DNA of 54,965 nt from a virus (Duplodnaviria > Caudoviricetes): positions 1-54,965 of IMG/VR virus record IMGVR_UViG_3300036832_000602; one strand, written 5' to 3'. The position numbers were made by a program, and so were the translations under genes. The notes beneath the pieces were generated by a model that had not been told where the DNA came from, searched no databases, and was given only the letters and a program-made list of their open reading frames with translations. Positions 29,760 to 37,529 of the stretch are shown here, in pieces (positions within the stretch are counted from its first letter, which is position 1; each line of letters begins with the position of its first letter).

Positions 29760-29771
29760 GAACGTATGTTC
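29760..29771. promoter_or_regulatory. LexA-type SOS box candidate GAAC-GTAT-GTTC
   Basis: Matches the Gram-positive GAAC-N4-GTTC core, ~60 nt upstream of the structural operon. Confidence 0.45.
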
Positions 29772-29940
29772 CCCTGTGCTTTTGGCCGATTATTTTGCGC
29801 GGGGGCAGTCATCCGAGAATACGCTGCGTGGTCTTTGTGTGCGCCGGCGCCACGCAGCGTGGGAGTGGTCGGGTGTGGTTGCCCGGTCACTTTGGAGGTC
29901 ACACTTACACCGTACGAAGTTGAGTGTACCATGCTCAAGT

Positions 29941-30169
29941 ACATGAAAGTACACGTATTTCCTAACCCAGTGTGCCAGTGATAACCGCTGTTAGTAACTG
30001 ACCGTATGCACAAATTAGGTAATACACATCTACGGAAGCGACCCTCAGCGTATACATGGCATGATATGACAATAGACATACTTCCTAATTGTGTGTGTAG
30101 GTGTATAGCTAAGTACCACGGAGAGTGGCGTAAGGTTCACAAAATCCGCCAAAACATGAAAGTACACGT
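29941..30169. repeat. 16-bp direct repeat ACATGAAAGTACACGT at 29941 and 30154, in an AT-rich tract
   Basis: Exact match seen. Confidence 0.85.
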
Positions 30170-30274
30170 TACCAAAGGACCTGGTCAGGGGCTCGACCAC
30201 AAAAGTGGCTGTAAAACTCACTCAACCACAATTGTTTCACAGGCCGTTGACCTGCTGCCTTCCTGTGAAACATC

Positions 30275-30287
30275 CGAACATATGTTC
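30275..30287. promoter_or_regulatory. LexA-type SOS box candidate CGAAC-ATAT-GTTC
   Basis: Perfect palindromic core GAACATATGTTC. Confidence 0.5.
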
Positions 30288-30310
30288 AACCACACAGATG
30301 GTCACCGGTC

Positions 30311-30567
30311 ACCGGGGCACCGTGCCATAAGGTGCCCCTAGGTGCCCACGTGCCCCCACCCGCGCCCACGTGCCCCCTAGGTGCCCGTGTGCCGGCTACG
30401 GGCACCGTGGTGGGCCTGTGGTGCCCACCACGGCCGCTACGGGGCACCCGGCTACCCCACACGCACGGGCGCGTTGTAGGGCACGGTGCGTACACCGTGC
30501 CCTACGGATCCCTACGGGGGGCTGTGGTAGCCGTACCCGTACCGGGCCGGCTACCGTGCCCTACCCC
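30311..30567. repeat. Cluster of palindromes and GTGCCC/GGCAC repeats
   Basis: Perfect stems at 30405-30433 (11 bp), 30476-30505 (13 bp) and 30526-30555 (8 bp); CCCTAGGTGCCC x2. Confidence 0.8.
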
Positions 30568-30912
30568 CTAGAACAGCCGCGTGCCGGGCCGGCAGTTGGA
30601 GCAATCGCACTCGGGACCTCCCTCGATCCGCGGCGTCGGCCTGCCGCGGCCGCGGCGCGCCGCACACATGCCGTGCGCGCCGTCCGCGTTGAACGCCCGC
30701 TTGAGGCTGCGGCCACCGCACAACGAGCACACGGCGCTCGTTTCCCCGCTCTCGTAGCGATCAACGTTGACCAGGTAGGCCGCGTGCCAGATGCACACCT
30801 GCTCGGCATGTGCCCTCGCGCCGACCGCTTCCGCATAATCCCGCGGGCTGCAGGTCGTGCGTGCGTGGTTCACCGCGTGGTCCAGATCGCGCCAGATCGG
30901 TACGTTGCTCAT
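30568..30912 (-). CDS. Early hypothetical protein, Cys-rich (zinc-binding)
   Basis: Preceded by conserved promoter and AAACGG leader; CSLCG, CDCSNC. Confidence 0.7.
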   Translation of the reverse strand: MSNVPIWRDLDHAVNHARTTCSPRDYAEAVGARAHAEQVCIWHAAYLVNVDRYESGETSAVCSLCGGRSLKRAFNADGAHGMCAARRGRGRPTPRIEGGPECDCSNCRPGTRLF

Positions 30913-30954
30913 TTTCGTTACCCCGTTTCCGTTTCGTGTGTTCGTCATGCCCTC

Positions 30955-30983
30955 ACCTTACACCCGTTACTACCCGTTGTCAA
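30955..30983 (-). promoter_or_regulatory. Repeated early promoter P1 with operator-like spacer
   Basis: TTGACA-acgggtagtaacgggtg-TAAGGT. Confidence 0.8.
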
Positions 30984-31017
30984 CCCACTACGGGCACATT
31001 TTCCAGATTTCTTTTGC

Positions 31018-31311
31018 CTACCCGTGTACCCGTAGGGTGTGTACCGGGTGCGTGCGGTTGTAGCCGCACGTGGCACATTCCCCGTCCAGGTTTTGCTCGA
31101 ACCCGTGCAACGGGTTACCCTCGAACCCGACCGCGTCGGCTAGTTGCTCGAGCAAATATTCGATTTCCGCTTCATACTCGGAAATCGAAGCTTCCTGGTG
31201 CTCCTGCTCGGCCTCCATGCCCAGGGCCACCGCTACCCCGTGCAATGCCCGGTGCCCGCTAACCATCCGCTGTGCCGCTTTGACCTGGTGCTCGATCCCA
31301 CCTGCGTTCAT
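31018..31311 (-). CDS. Early hypothetical protein (H..F...CxxC...HxxH zinc motif)
   Basis: Cassette promoter and leader upstream. Confidence 0.75.
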   Translation of the reverse strand: MNAGGIEHQVKAAQRMVSGHRALHGVAVALGMEAEQEHQEASISEYEAEIEYLLEQLADAVGFEGNPLHGFEQNLDGECATCGYNRTHPVHTLRVHG

Positions 31312-31343
31312 TTCGTTACCCCGTTTCCGTTTGCCGTTACCTA

Positions 31344-31372
31344 ACTATACACCCGGTACTACCCGTTGTCAA
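31344..31372 (-). promoter_or_regulatory. Repeated early promoter P2
   Basis: TTGACA-acgggtagtaccgggtg-TATAGT. Confidence 0.85.
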
Positions 31373-31428
31373 GCGGCTACGGCACATTTCCCAGATTTCT
31401 TTTCCCCGTACCGTGCCCCGGTGTGCCC

Positions 31429-31764
31429 CTACTCGGCCTCGTACGTGAACGCCTGTAGCCGCTCGTAGATCCGCGCCAACGGGGTATCGTACCGTCCGTA
31501 GTAATCGGCCTCCCCTTCTGCCATCGCGAAGTTGGCAAACGTGATTGCCATTTCAGCGTGTGTAGCGGCAATCATGCTGGAGCGTAGATCGGTGCCCTCC
31601 TGAATGATTGCGCCGTCAACCTCGAGCGCGTAGTGCCAGCGATTGTTGCGGTAGCCGCGCCCTACGGTGCCACCCCCTACCGCCGAAATCATGATCCGCA
31701 CCTTGGGATCGCCGGTAACGTATTGCTCCGGCACCTCCACCGTGTATTCCCAGTCGCTGCTCAT
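31429..31764 (-). CDS. Early hypothetical protein
   Basis: ISAVGGGTVGRGY...WHY; alternative leaderless start at 31803. Confidence 0.75.
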   Translation of the reverse strand: MSSDWEYTVEVPEQYVTGDPKVRIMISAVGGGTVGRGYRNNRWHYALEVDGAIIQEGTDLRSSMIAATHAEMAITFANFAMAEGEADYYGRYDTPLARIYERLQAFTYEAE

Positions 31765-31809
31765 TGCCGCCCCGTTTCCGTTTGTGTGCTCCGTTGTTGT
31801 CATACCCCT

Positions 31810-31838
31810 ACTATAGCACGGGTACTACCCCATGTCAA
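31810..31838 (-). promoter_or_regulatory. Repeated early promoter P3 (divergent from P4)
   Basis: TTGACA-tggggtagtacccgtgc-TATAGT. Confidence 0.85.
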
Positions 31839-31899
31839 CCCCTACGGGCAACATTTCCTAGATTTTCCAGAAATATGCAAAAGCCCTGGTCAAACCCCC

Positions 31900-31928
31900 T
31901 TGACAAGGGGTTAGTACCGTGCTATAGT
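31900..31928 (+). promoter_or_regulatory. Repeated early promoter P4
   Basis: TTGACA-aggggttagtaccgtgc-TATAGT; spacer motif is inverted. Confidence 0.85.
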
Positions 31929-31966
31929 AACCCCTACACAACGGAAACGGCAAAAGGAGCAAAACA

Positions 31967-32482
31967 ATGGAAGCCGAAACAATGAGCACCACCGAGCGGC
32001 TGGATCGGGCGGGGCACCGGGGTCGCATAGCCGGCAAGGCCGATGCGGACAACTACATCGATGCTACCCCGGTGGCATTGCGTAGCCGCAACGATTGCCC
32101 CAGCCCGCTCAGCGGAGAATGGGCCGGCGAGTCGATCAAGGAGCTGCTCGGTGACCTGTTTGGGGAGCGGCCCGCGATCCGTGCCGGCAACGACGAGGTG
32201 CTCAACGCCTACGACGACCTGCAGTACCGGATCGAGAACGCCTACGAGAACGCCTACACCGAGTCCTGGTTTGCGGTGCTCGAGGAAGCTGAGGAAGCCG
32301 AGGGCACGACCGAGGCCGAGTTTGGTGACCTGCTAGCTACCCTGCTAGCCGACTCCGACGAAATCGAAGGCGTGAGCACGTTCAGCGATGTCGGGGTTAT
32401 GACGATGAACGAGGGGCTGGTTGTTCGCCTGTATAACGGCACCGAGTTTCAGGTCACCATCGTTCAGTCCCGTACCCCGTAA
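31967..32482 (+). CDS. Early acidic hypothetical protein (possible two-domain fusion)
   Basis: AAGGAG SD; PLSGEWAGES and TF..GV.T.NEGLVVR...EFQVTIVQSR motifs. Confidence 0.8.
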   Translation: MEAETMSTTERLDRAGHRGRIAGKADADNYIDATPVALRSRNDCPSPLSGEWAGESIKELLGDLFGERPAIRAGNDEVLNAYDDLQYRIENAYENAYTESWFAVLEEAEEAEGTTEAEFGDLLATLLADSDEIEGVSTFSDVGVMTMNEGLVVRLYNGTEFQVTIVQSRTP

Positions 32483-32536
32483 CGGGTACCCGGCACGGCA
32501 CCCGGCACATTTTCTGAAAAAGATTGTGCCGGGTGC

Positions 32537-32565
32537 TTGACACCGGGTAGTAACCATGCTATACT
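32537..32565 (+). promoter_or_regulatory. Repeated early promoter P5, preceded by a 12-bp inverted repeat (32498-32536)
   Basis: TTGACA-ccgggtagtaaccatgc-TATACT. Confidence 0.85.
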
Positions 32566-32599
32566 AGACACATAACGGCAAACGGAAAAGGAGAACAAA

Positions 32600-32974
32600 A
32601 TGGGAGATCGAGCGCAGGTTTTCATTCACAACGGTGGGCACGCAGCACCGGTGGCGCTGTACACACATTCAGCCGGCGGTACGCTGGCGAGCACCGTAGC
32701 ACGAGCACTCGCTCGCAAGCAGCGGTGGGACGATCCGGAGTACCTGGCGAGGATCATCTTCTGCGAGATGGTGCGGGGCGACGAGGCCGGAGATGTTGAT
32801 TTCGGAATCGGCACGGCTCAGCATTTTGACCTCCAGCACGATCCGATCCACGTACACTCAGGGGGTGGCATCATGGACCCCACCGAGCCGCACGTGTTCT
32901 ACAACGGGGAGCGGTTCAGCTTCGAGCGGTTCATCGACCGCTACGCAGGTCGGGGTCGGAGTTTCTACCGATGA
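32600..32974 (+). CDS. Conserved early phage hypothetical protein (MGDRA...LYTH...RWDDPEYLARI)
   Basis: AAGGAG SD; recognisable phage family motif. Confidence 0.8.
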   Translation: MGDRAQVFIHNGGHAAPVALYTHSAGGTLASTVARALARKQRWDDPEYLARIIFCEMVRGDEAGDVDFGIGTAQHFDLQHDPIHVHSGGGIMDPTEPHVFYNGERFSFERFIDRYAGRGRSFYR

Positions 32975-33297
32975 ACGCCTACAACCCCGTGTCATCGGCG
33001 GCACGGCAGGCGTGGATCGACGGGGAGAATGATCCCCTCGAGCTGTGCCGGATCGACACCGAGCACGGGGTGGTGGCACAGGTGCCGGCGTGCGAGCTGG
33101 TCGGTCGGGAGGGTACGTTTCGCCTCCCGGCCGGCAGGGCAACCTACGAGGCCGTGATGTACGACTGCGGTCGTGCCCGTAGCGATCGGATCCGGCTGGC
33201 TCGCATCGAGACCAGGGACGGTGGGTTGTACCAGGTCAACCGCTACGTCGACTGGGAACAGCCGATTGAGGTGCTCCAGTTGTTCGAGTACCCGTGA
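32971..33297 (+). CDS. Hypothetical protein
   Basis: ATGA coupling. Confidence 0.7.
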   Translation: MNAYNPVSSAARQAWIDGENDPLELCRIDTEHGVVAQVPACELVGREGTFRLPAGRATYEAVMYDCGRARSDRIRLARIETRDGGLYQVNRYVDWEQPIEVLQLFEYP

Positions 33298-33327
33298 AAA
33301 AGTTTCTGAGAAATACCCCCTAGTGGG

Positions 33328-33356
33328 TTGACATACGGTACTAACCGTGCTATACT
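33328..33356 (+). promoter_or_regulatory. Repeated early promoter P6
   Basis: TTGACA-tacggtactaaccgtgc-TATACT. Confidence 0.85.
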
Positions 33357-33390
33357 AAAGGTACAAGGCAAACGGGAAAGGGGAAACGAG

Positions 33391-33606
33391 ATGGGAATCA
33401 GCAGACGGGAGCGGGAGGAGGCACAGGCAGCAGGGTACGTCGAGTGCTCCGAGTGCGGGCACCCGGTCGAGGAGCATGACAACGATGGGTGCTCCCACGT
33501 TGACGACGACTACCACTGCCCGTGCGACGAGCGCTTGACCATCAGCGACATCGACCGGATCCGCGCCGACTACGGCCTCGAGCCGACCGGCAATGCGGCG
33601 CCGTAG
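33391..33606 (+). CDS. Small zinc-finger protein (CSECGH...H...C...CPC)
   Basis: After promoter and leader. Confidence 0.75.
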   Translation: MGISRREREEAQAAGYVECSECGHPVEEHDNDGCSHVDDDYHCPCDERLTISDIDRIRADYGLEPTGNAAP

Positions 33607-33619
33607 GGGAGACGGAGCG

Positions 33620-33916
33620 ATGATTAGGAATCGGTGCCCTGGCTCGAGGGAGCCAGGGCTGGACGGCAGGTTCCCCGGTGACAGCGACCGGTGCTCGCGT
33701 TGCTCGCGCAACCACGTTCGGGTGCTGGCAGATTGCACATTGGCCACGCACCCACGCGGTAACGGCAAGCCACGCGCTGGGAAACAACCGGCGCCAGGTG
33801 AGAAGCTGGGAACCATCCTGGCCCGCGAATGGCTGAGCGTGGGACTTGACCCGCGCAGCCTTCGCCAAAAGGCTGACGGAGACTGGGAGTACTACATACC
33901 AGAGGGGAAAGCATGA
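33620..33916 (+). CDS. Hypothetical protein (CPGS...CxxC...H zinc motif)
   Basis: GGAG SD; coupled to the next gene. Confidence 0.6.
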   Translation: MIRNRCPGSREPGLDGRFPGDSDRCSRCSRNHVRVLADCTLATHPRGNGKPRAGKQPAPGEKLGTILAREWLSVGLDPRSLRQKADGDWEYYIPEGKA

Positions 33917-34152
33917 TGGGATACGACCGGGCACGGGATCCGCAGTTGTGGGACGACCCGCCAGACGAGGACGAGGCCGAGGAGGACGACTACGAGGTTG
34001 TCCACCTTGAGGCCACAAGGGACGAGGACGAGTACACACTCGAGGACTTCGAGGCCGACCGCGCCGACCGCATCCTGGCCGAGCGTAAGGAGATGGACCC
34101 GTCCGAATACTCAGAGGGTCCGTACGTGCCGGCACACAGGCAGGGACCATGA
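33913..34152 (+). CDS. Very acidic small protein (possible DNA mimic)
   Basis: D/E-rich; ATGA coupling. Confidence 0.65.
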   Translation: MMGYDRARDPQLWDDPPDEDEAEEDDYEVVHLEATRDEDEYTLEDFEADRADRILAERKEMDPSEYSEGPYVPAHRQGP

Positions 34153-34370
34153 CCGCCTACTACGTCAGCACCCCACAGGGGCAACTACACCTGACGGACG
34201 CCGGCAGCGACGACAGCCACACATATTGCGGCGAGATCATCGGCATCGACTGGCTAGCCGGCACCGAGACGGTAGTCGGCTCGAGGGCGTGCGGGATCTG
34301 CTACCGGGGCTTCAAGGCGGCGCAGGGCAAGCAGGGCACCATCGACCGGGCACACGAGGGGCGATCCTGA
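34149..34370 (+). CDS. Small zinc-binding protein (H...TYCG...CxxC)
   Basis: ATGA coupling. Confidence 0.65.
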   Translation: MTAYYVSTPQGQLHLTDAGSDDSHTYCGEIIGIDWLAGTETVVGSRACGICYRGFKAAQGKQGTIDRAHEGRS

Positions 34371-34389
34371 GAAAAACCGGCTAGGTGCC

Positions 34390-34419
34390 TTGACAACGGG
34401 TACTAACCCATGCTATAAT
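34390..34419 (+). promoter_or_regulatory. Repeated early promoter P7 (consensus -35 and -10)
   Basis: TTGACA-acgggtactaacccatgc-TATAAT. Confidence 0.85.
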
Positions 34420-34425
34420 AGCTTT

Positions 34426-34580
34426 ATGTTCACCGGATCCCCGCAACGTCCCTGCCCGCAAAGGCGAGCATACGGGGTCGGCATTCAGGCAAGGTACCGC
34501 TCCAACGGGTTTTCAGGTTCGTCCGACTCCCAGGAGCACCGCTAAGGCCTTACCCCTCCCACAGGGGATCCGGTGGACAT
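34426..34580 (+). ncRNA. Candidate structured RNA / structured 5' leader
   Basis: Begins at the predicted TSS; 17-bp closing stem ATGTTCACCGGATCCCC/GGGGATCCGGTGGACAT with one G-U; inner stem GGGGTCGG/CCGACTCC; no ORF of 60 aa or more on this strand. Confidence 0.55.
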
Positions 34581-34622
34581 ACCAGACAAACGGCAAACGG
34601 GAAACGGAAAGGGAAACGGGAA

Positions 34623-35498
34623 ATGGCATACGCGAAGAAGAGCAAGGAAGAGAAGATCGAGGAGGTCAAGGCGGCGCAGGAGAAGCTGACGGCGGCGCTG
34701 GAAGAGATGGTCACCGGGGAGGATTGGATCCGGTGGCTGAACTACCAGACCAAGTTTCACAAGTACTCGGCTAACAACTGCATGCTCATCGTGCTTCAGA
34801 ACCCCAACGCTACGCAGGTAGCCGGCTACGAGACCTGGAAGAAATTGGGCCGGCAGGTCATGAAAGACGAGAAGTCGATCCGCATCTTCGCTCCGATCAA
34901 GGGGGCGCGCACCGAGCAGGATCCGGCTACCGGCGAGGATGTCACCCGCACCTGGCTGCGCTTCATGCTGGTGGGTGTGTTCGATGTGAGCCAGACAACC
35001 GGCGATCCGCTCCCCGAGGCGCAGCATCCGGTCCTGCTCGACGGGGAGGCGCCCGAGGGGCTGTACGACGCCCTAGCGGCGCAGGTAGCCGCGGCCGGCT
35101 ACGCGCTCCACAGGGGGGACTGCCGCGGAGCCAACGGCTACACCGACTACCTGGCTCGCGTGGTCAAGGTGCGCGACGACGTTTCCGAGGCGCAGGCGTG
35201 CAAGACGCTGGCGCACGAGCTGGCCCATGTGCTGCTCGATCACGAGCACCGCGGCCACGGCGCCGAGGCGACCATCACGCGGGACCGGATGGAGGTCGAA
35301 GCCGAGTCGGTCGCCTACATCGTGTGCAGCTTGCACGGGCTGGACTCGAGCGGCTACACGCTCGGGTACGTTGCCCACTGGGCCGATGGCAGCCTCGCCA
35401 AGGTACGCGAGACCACCGCCAAGGTTGCCGAGGTCGCCAAGCGGATCCTGGACACTACCGAGGTGCCCGCCGCCGACCGTGAGCTGGTGGCGGCATGA
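34623..35498 (+). CDS. ardC: ArdC-like ssDNA-binding antirestriction protein with HExxH metallopeptidase-like domain
   Basis: FHKYSANN.MLI..Q, VAGY.TWKKLGRQV.K.EK.I.I.AP, VFDVSQT.G, TLAHELAH, EVEAESVAY. Confidence 0.85.
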   Translation: MAYAKKSKEEKIEEVKAAQEKLTAALEEMVTGEDWIRWLNYQTKFHKYSANNCMLIVLQNPNATQVAGYETWKKLGRQVMKDEKSIRIFAPIKGARTEQDPATGEDVTRTWLRFMLVGVFDVSQTTGDPLPEAQHPVLLDGEAPEGLYDALAAQVAAAGYALHRGDCRGANGYTDYLARVVKVRDDVSEAQACKTLAHELAHVLLDHEHRGHGAEATITRDRMEVEAESVAYIVCSLHGLDSSGYTLGYVAHWADGSLAKVRETTAKVAEVAKRILDTTEVPAADRELVAA

Positions 35499-35746
35499 AG
35501 CGGCTCGTGACGGGGGCAGCCTTCGCCGGGTTGCTCTCGTTCGGGCTGGTCGGGTGGACCAGTATGCACCACATGGCAGACCCAGACCCAGCGCCCAGCT
35601 TCCGACCGACGTGGTTGGACTGCGCCGGCTACCAAGGCGACAAGTACATCACTTACTCGCTGATGCAACCCGGCGACCGGCAGTATTACCGGATCTGCCG
35701 GCACTGGCTCGCAGTCGAGAACTCGCATACGGAGGATGATCGGTAA
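35495..35746 (+). CDS. Small protein with N-terminal signal/TM segment
   Basis: Hydrophobic N-terminus; ATGA coupling. Confidence 0.6.
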   Translation: MKRLVTGAAFAGLLSFGLVGWTSMHHMADPDPAPSFRPTWLDCAGYQGDKYITYSLMQPGDRQYYRICRHWLAVENSHTEDDR

Positions 35747-36033
35747 TGCCGACTCCTACCGGGCTGCCGAAGCCAGGCGAGGTCTGGCGCCGGACGTACA
35801 GCCTGCCGCCCGACTGGATACCGGAGACGGTCACGTTCATCGTGATCCGACGTGGCCGCGGCGACTACTTCGCCCTGTGGGTACACGTCCACTCCGTCAA
35901 CGGGGAACCGGTGGCGCCGGCACAGCAACAGAAACTCTGGGTTGATGCCGCCTACTGGCACAGCCGGGGCGAGCTGGCCTACGTCGGCAAAGCCGGACCC
36001 GAGACTCGCAAGCGCATCGGACTACCCGCCTAG
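35746..36033 (+). CDS. Hypothetical protein
   Basis: TAATG coupling; PKPGEVW motif. Confidence 0.65.
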   Translation: MPTPTGLPKPGEVWRRTYSLPPDWIPETVTFIVIRRGRGDYFALWVHVHSVNGEPVAPAQQQKLWVDAAYWHSRGELAYVGKAGPETRKRIGLPA

Positions 36034-36051
36034 AAATTATCCGCCAGTGAC

Positions 36052-36079
36052 TTGATAATGGGTACTAACCTGCTATACT
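36052..36079 (+). promoter_or_regulatory. Repeated early promoter P8
   Basis: TTGATA-atgggtactaacctgc-TATACT. Confidence 0.75.
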
Positions 36080-36127
36080 AAACCTAACGGCAAACATACA
36101 AACAACCAAACGGAAAGGGAAACGGAA

Positions 36128-36598
36128 ATGGCAAACGACATCAACGACAACGAGGCACCCAACCTGGAGGAGCTGGAGCGAGTGCAGCGGTACATCAGCG
36201 GGCTGCGCCAGATGGCAGACTTCCTGAACGAGCACCCGGAACTGTGCCCGCTGGACTCCGACGCTACCTACAACCCGCACTCGCAGTACGTGCGGTCGGA
36301 CGAGGCCAAGGCGAAGCTGGCGCACGCGGTACGCACCGGTGGCACCTGGAACAAGGTCAGCAGCGACATCTTCTTCAAGGTCGAGCGCAGCTTCGGCCCG
36401 CACCTGCTGCGAGTCATGGCCTACCGCCAGGACGTATGCGAAAAGGTCAAGACGGGCGAGCGGGAGGAAGAGGCCATCAGCCCACTGGTCGAGAAGCAGA
36501 TCGCGGCCATCCGCGAGAATGCGCCGAAGCACAAGCGGATGGTCGAGACCTTCGAGTGGAAGTGCCCGCCGTCCCTGCTGGACACCGGGGAGGCGTGA
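36128..36598 (+). CDS. Conserved actinophage-type hypothetical protein (GLRQMADFL.EHPEL...R..VCE...EWKCP.SLL)
   Basis: AAACGG leader upstream; recognisable motif. Confidence 0.8.
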   Translation: MANDINDNEAPNLEELERVQRYISGLRQMADFLNEHPELCPLDSDATYNPHSQYVRSDEAKAKLAHAVRTGGTWNKVSSDIFFKVERSFGPHLLRVMAYRQDVCEKVKTGEREEEAISPLVEKQIAAIRENAPKHKRMVETFEWKCPPSLLDTGEA

Positions 36599-36702
36599 TG
36601 TTCGAGGTATGGCTCACGACCATGATCGCTGTCTCGATCGTGGGGGTCGGGCTCTGGCTCCTGTCTCGCTGGCATGGCAAGCAGAAAGCAGGCAAGTCGT
36701 GA
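36598..36702 (+). CDS. Small single-TM protein
   Basis: TGATG coupling; MFEVWLTTMIAVSIVGVGLWLLSRW. Confidence 0.55.
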   Translation: MFEVWLTTMIAVSIVGVGLWLLSRWHGKQKAGKS

Positions 36703-37076
36703 TCCAGCTCTGCTTTGGCGCCTTCCTCACCTACGCCGGCATCCTGGGGCTGAGCAACCACACCGGCAGCGGCAGCGTCGACGGCATCATGATCGTGCTC
36801 GGTCTGGCGTTCGTCGCGGGTGGGCTCGCCAAGCGCATCAACAAGAAGACCAGGCGGCTCGGTGGCCAGACACCGGACAAGTCGTTGGGCGGCGCGCTGC
36901 TACAACGCCAGCAGCTACAGCAGCAACAACAGCCAGCACCACAGCAACCAGCCGCCTGGTACCCCAATCCTGACGGCTCCGGTGACTGGCGCTGGTGGGA
37001 CGGCAAGCAGTGGACGGTCGCACACACGAGCGACCCTGAGTTTGGAGGGAACGGGAATGCCAACAAAGACCAATGA
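36699..37076 (+). CDS. Membrane protein with DUF2510-like C-terminus
   Basis: 2 TM segments followed by PAAWYPNPDGSGDWRWWDGKQWT. Confidence 0.75.
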   Translation: MIQLCFGAFLTYAGILGLSNHTGSGSVDGIMIVLGLAFVAGGLAKRINKKTRRLGGQTPDKSLGGALLQRQQLQQQQQPAPQQPAAWYPNPDGSGDWRWWDGKQWTVAHTSDPEFGGNGNANKDQ

Positions 37077-37278
37077 GGAGATCCTCGAGAAGGCAGTCAC
37101 CGAGGTCGCCACCGCTCGAGAGCGGCTCGAGGAGGTGCTGCTCAAGCGGGACCGCACCATGCAGGTCATGCACCAGGGCGGCATGGGCTACGAGCAGATC
37201 GGGCGCATAGCCGACCTGAGCCACATCGGAGTGCTGCGGGCCATCAAGCGGCTGGCACAGAAGGAGAGCGCAGCATGA
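37057..37278 (+). CDS. Small HTH DNA-binding protein
   Basis: RD...GMGYEQIGRIADLSHIGV. Confidence 0.7.
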   Translation: MPTKTNEEILEKAVTEVATARERLEEVLLKRDRTMQVMHQGGMGYEQIGRIADLSHIGVLRAIKRLAQKESAA

Positions 37279-37529
37279 TGATTACCGAGGCGATCCAACA
37301 ACTAGCCAACGAGGGCGATCCGTTCACGGCCGACGACGTGGTCGCCCTGTGCGGGTCGCCGGACGACGAGCACCGGCCCAACGGGCGGAATAGCAGCATC
37401 GGTGCGGCTTTTCGCACGGCGCGCAGTCAGGGTGTCATCTGTCAGACGGGCAACTACGTCCGCTCCACCCAGCCGCATCGCAAGGGCGGGGCGATTGCTG
37501 TGTGGGTCGGGAGAGTGCATAACCTATAG
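37275..37529 (+). CDS. Winged-helix-like hypothetical protein
   Basis: PFTADDV...N..GAAF..A...GVI...S....H......W. Confidence 0.7.
   Translation: MMITEAIQQLANEGDPFTADDVVALCGSPDDEHRPNGRNSSIGAAFRTARSQGVICQTGNYVRSTQPHRKGGAIAVWVGRVHNL

Noticed and set aside
29699-30079. N-terminal extension of ORF 29177..30079, and ORFs at 29697-30571
   Set aside because: AT-rich or repeat-rich regulatory DNA; the translations look non-protein-like and a better start exists at 29698
30912-36127. CRISPR array or attC-integron interpretation of the early repeats
   Set aside because: The repeats are degenerate promoters separated by whole genes; no constant spacer length and no integrase or cas operon
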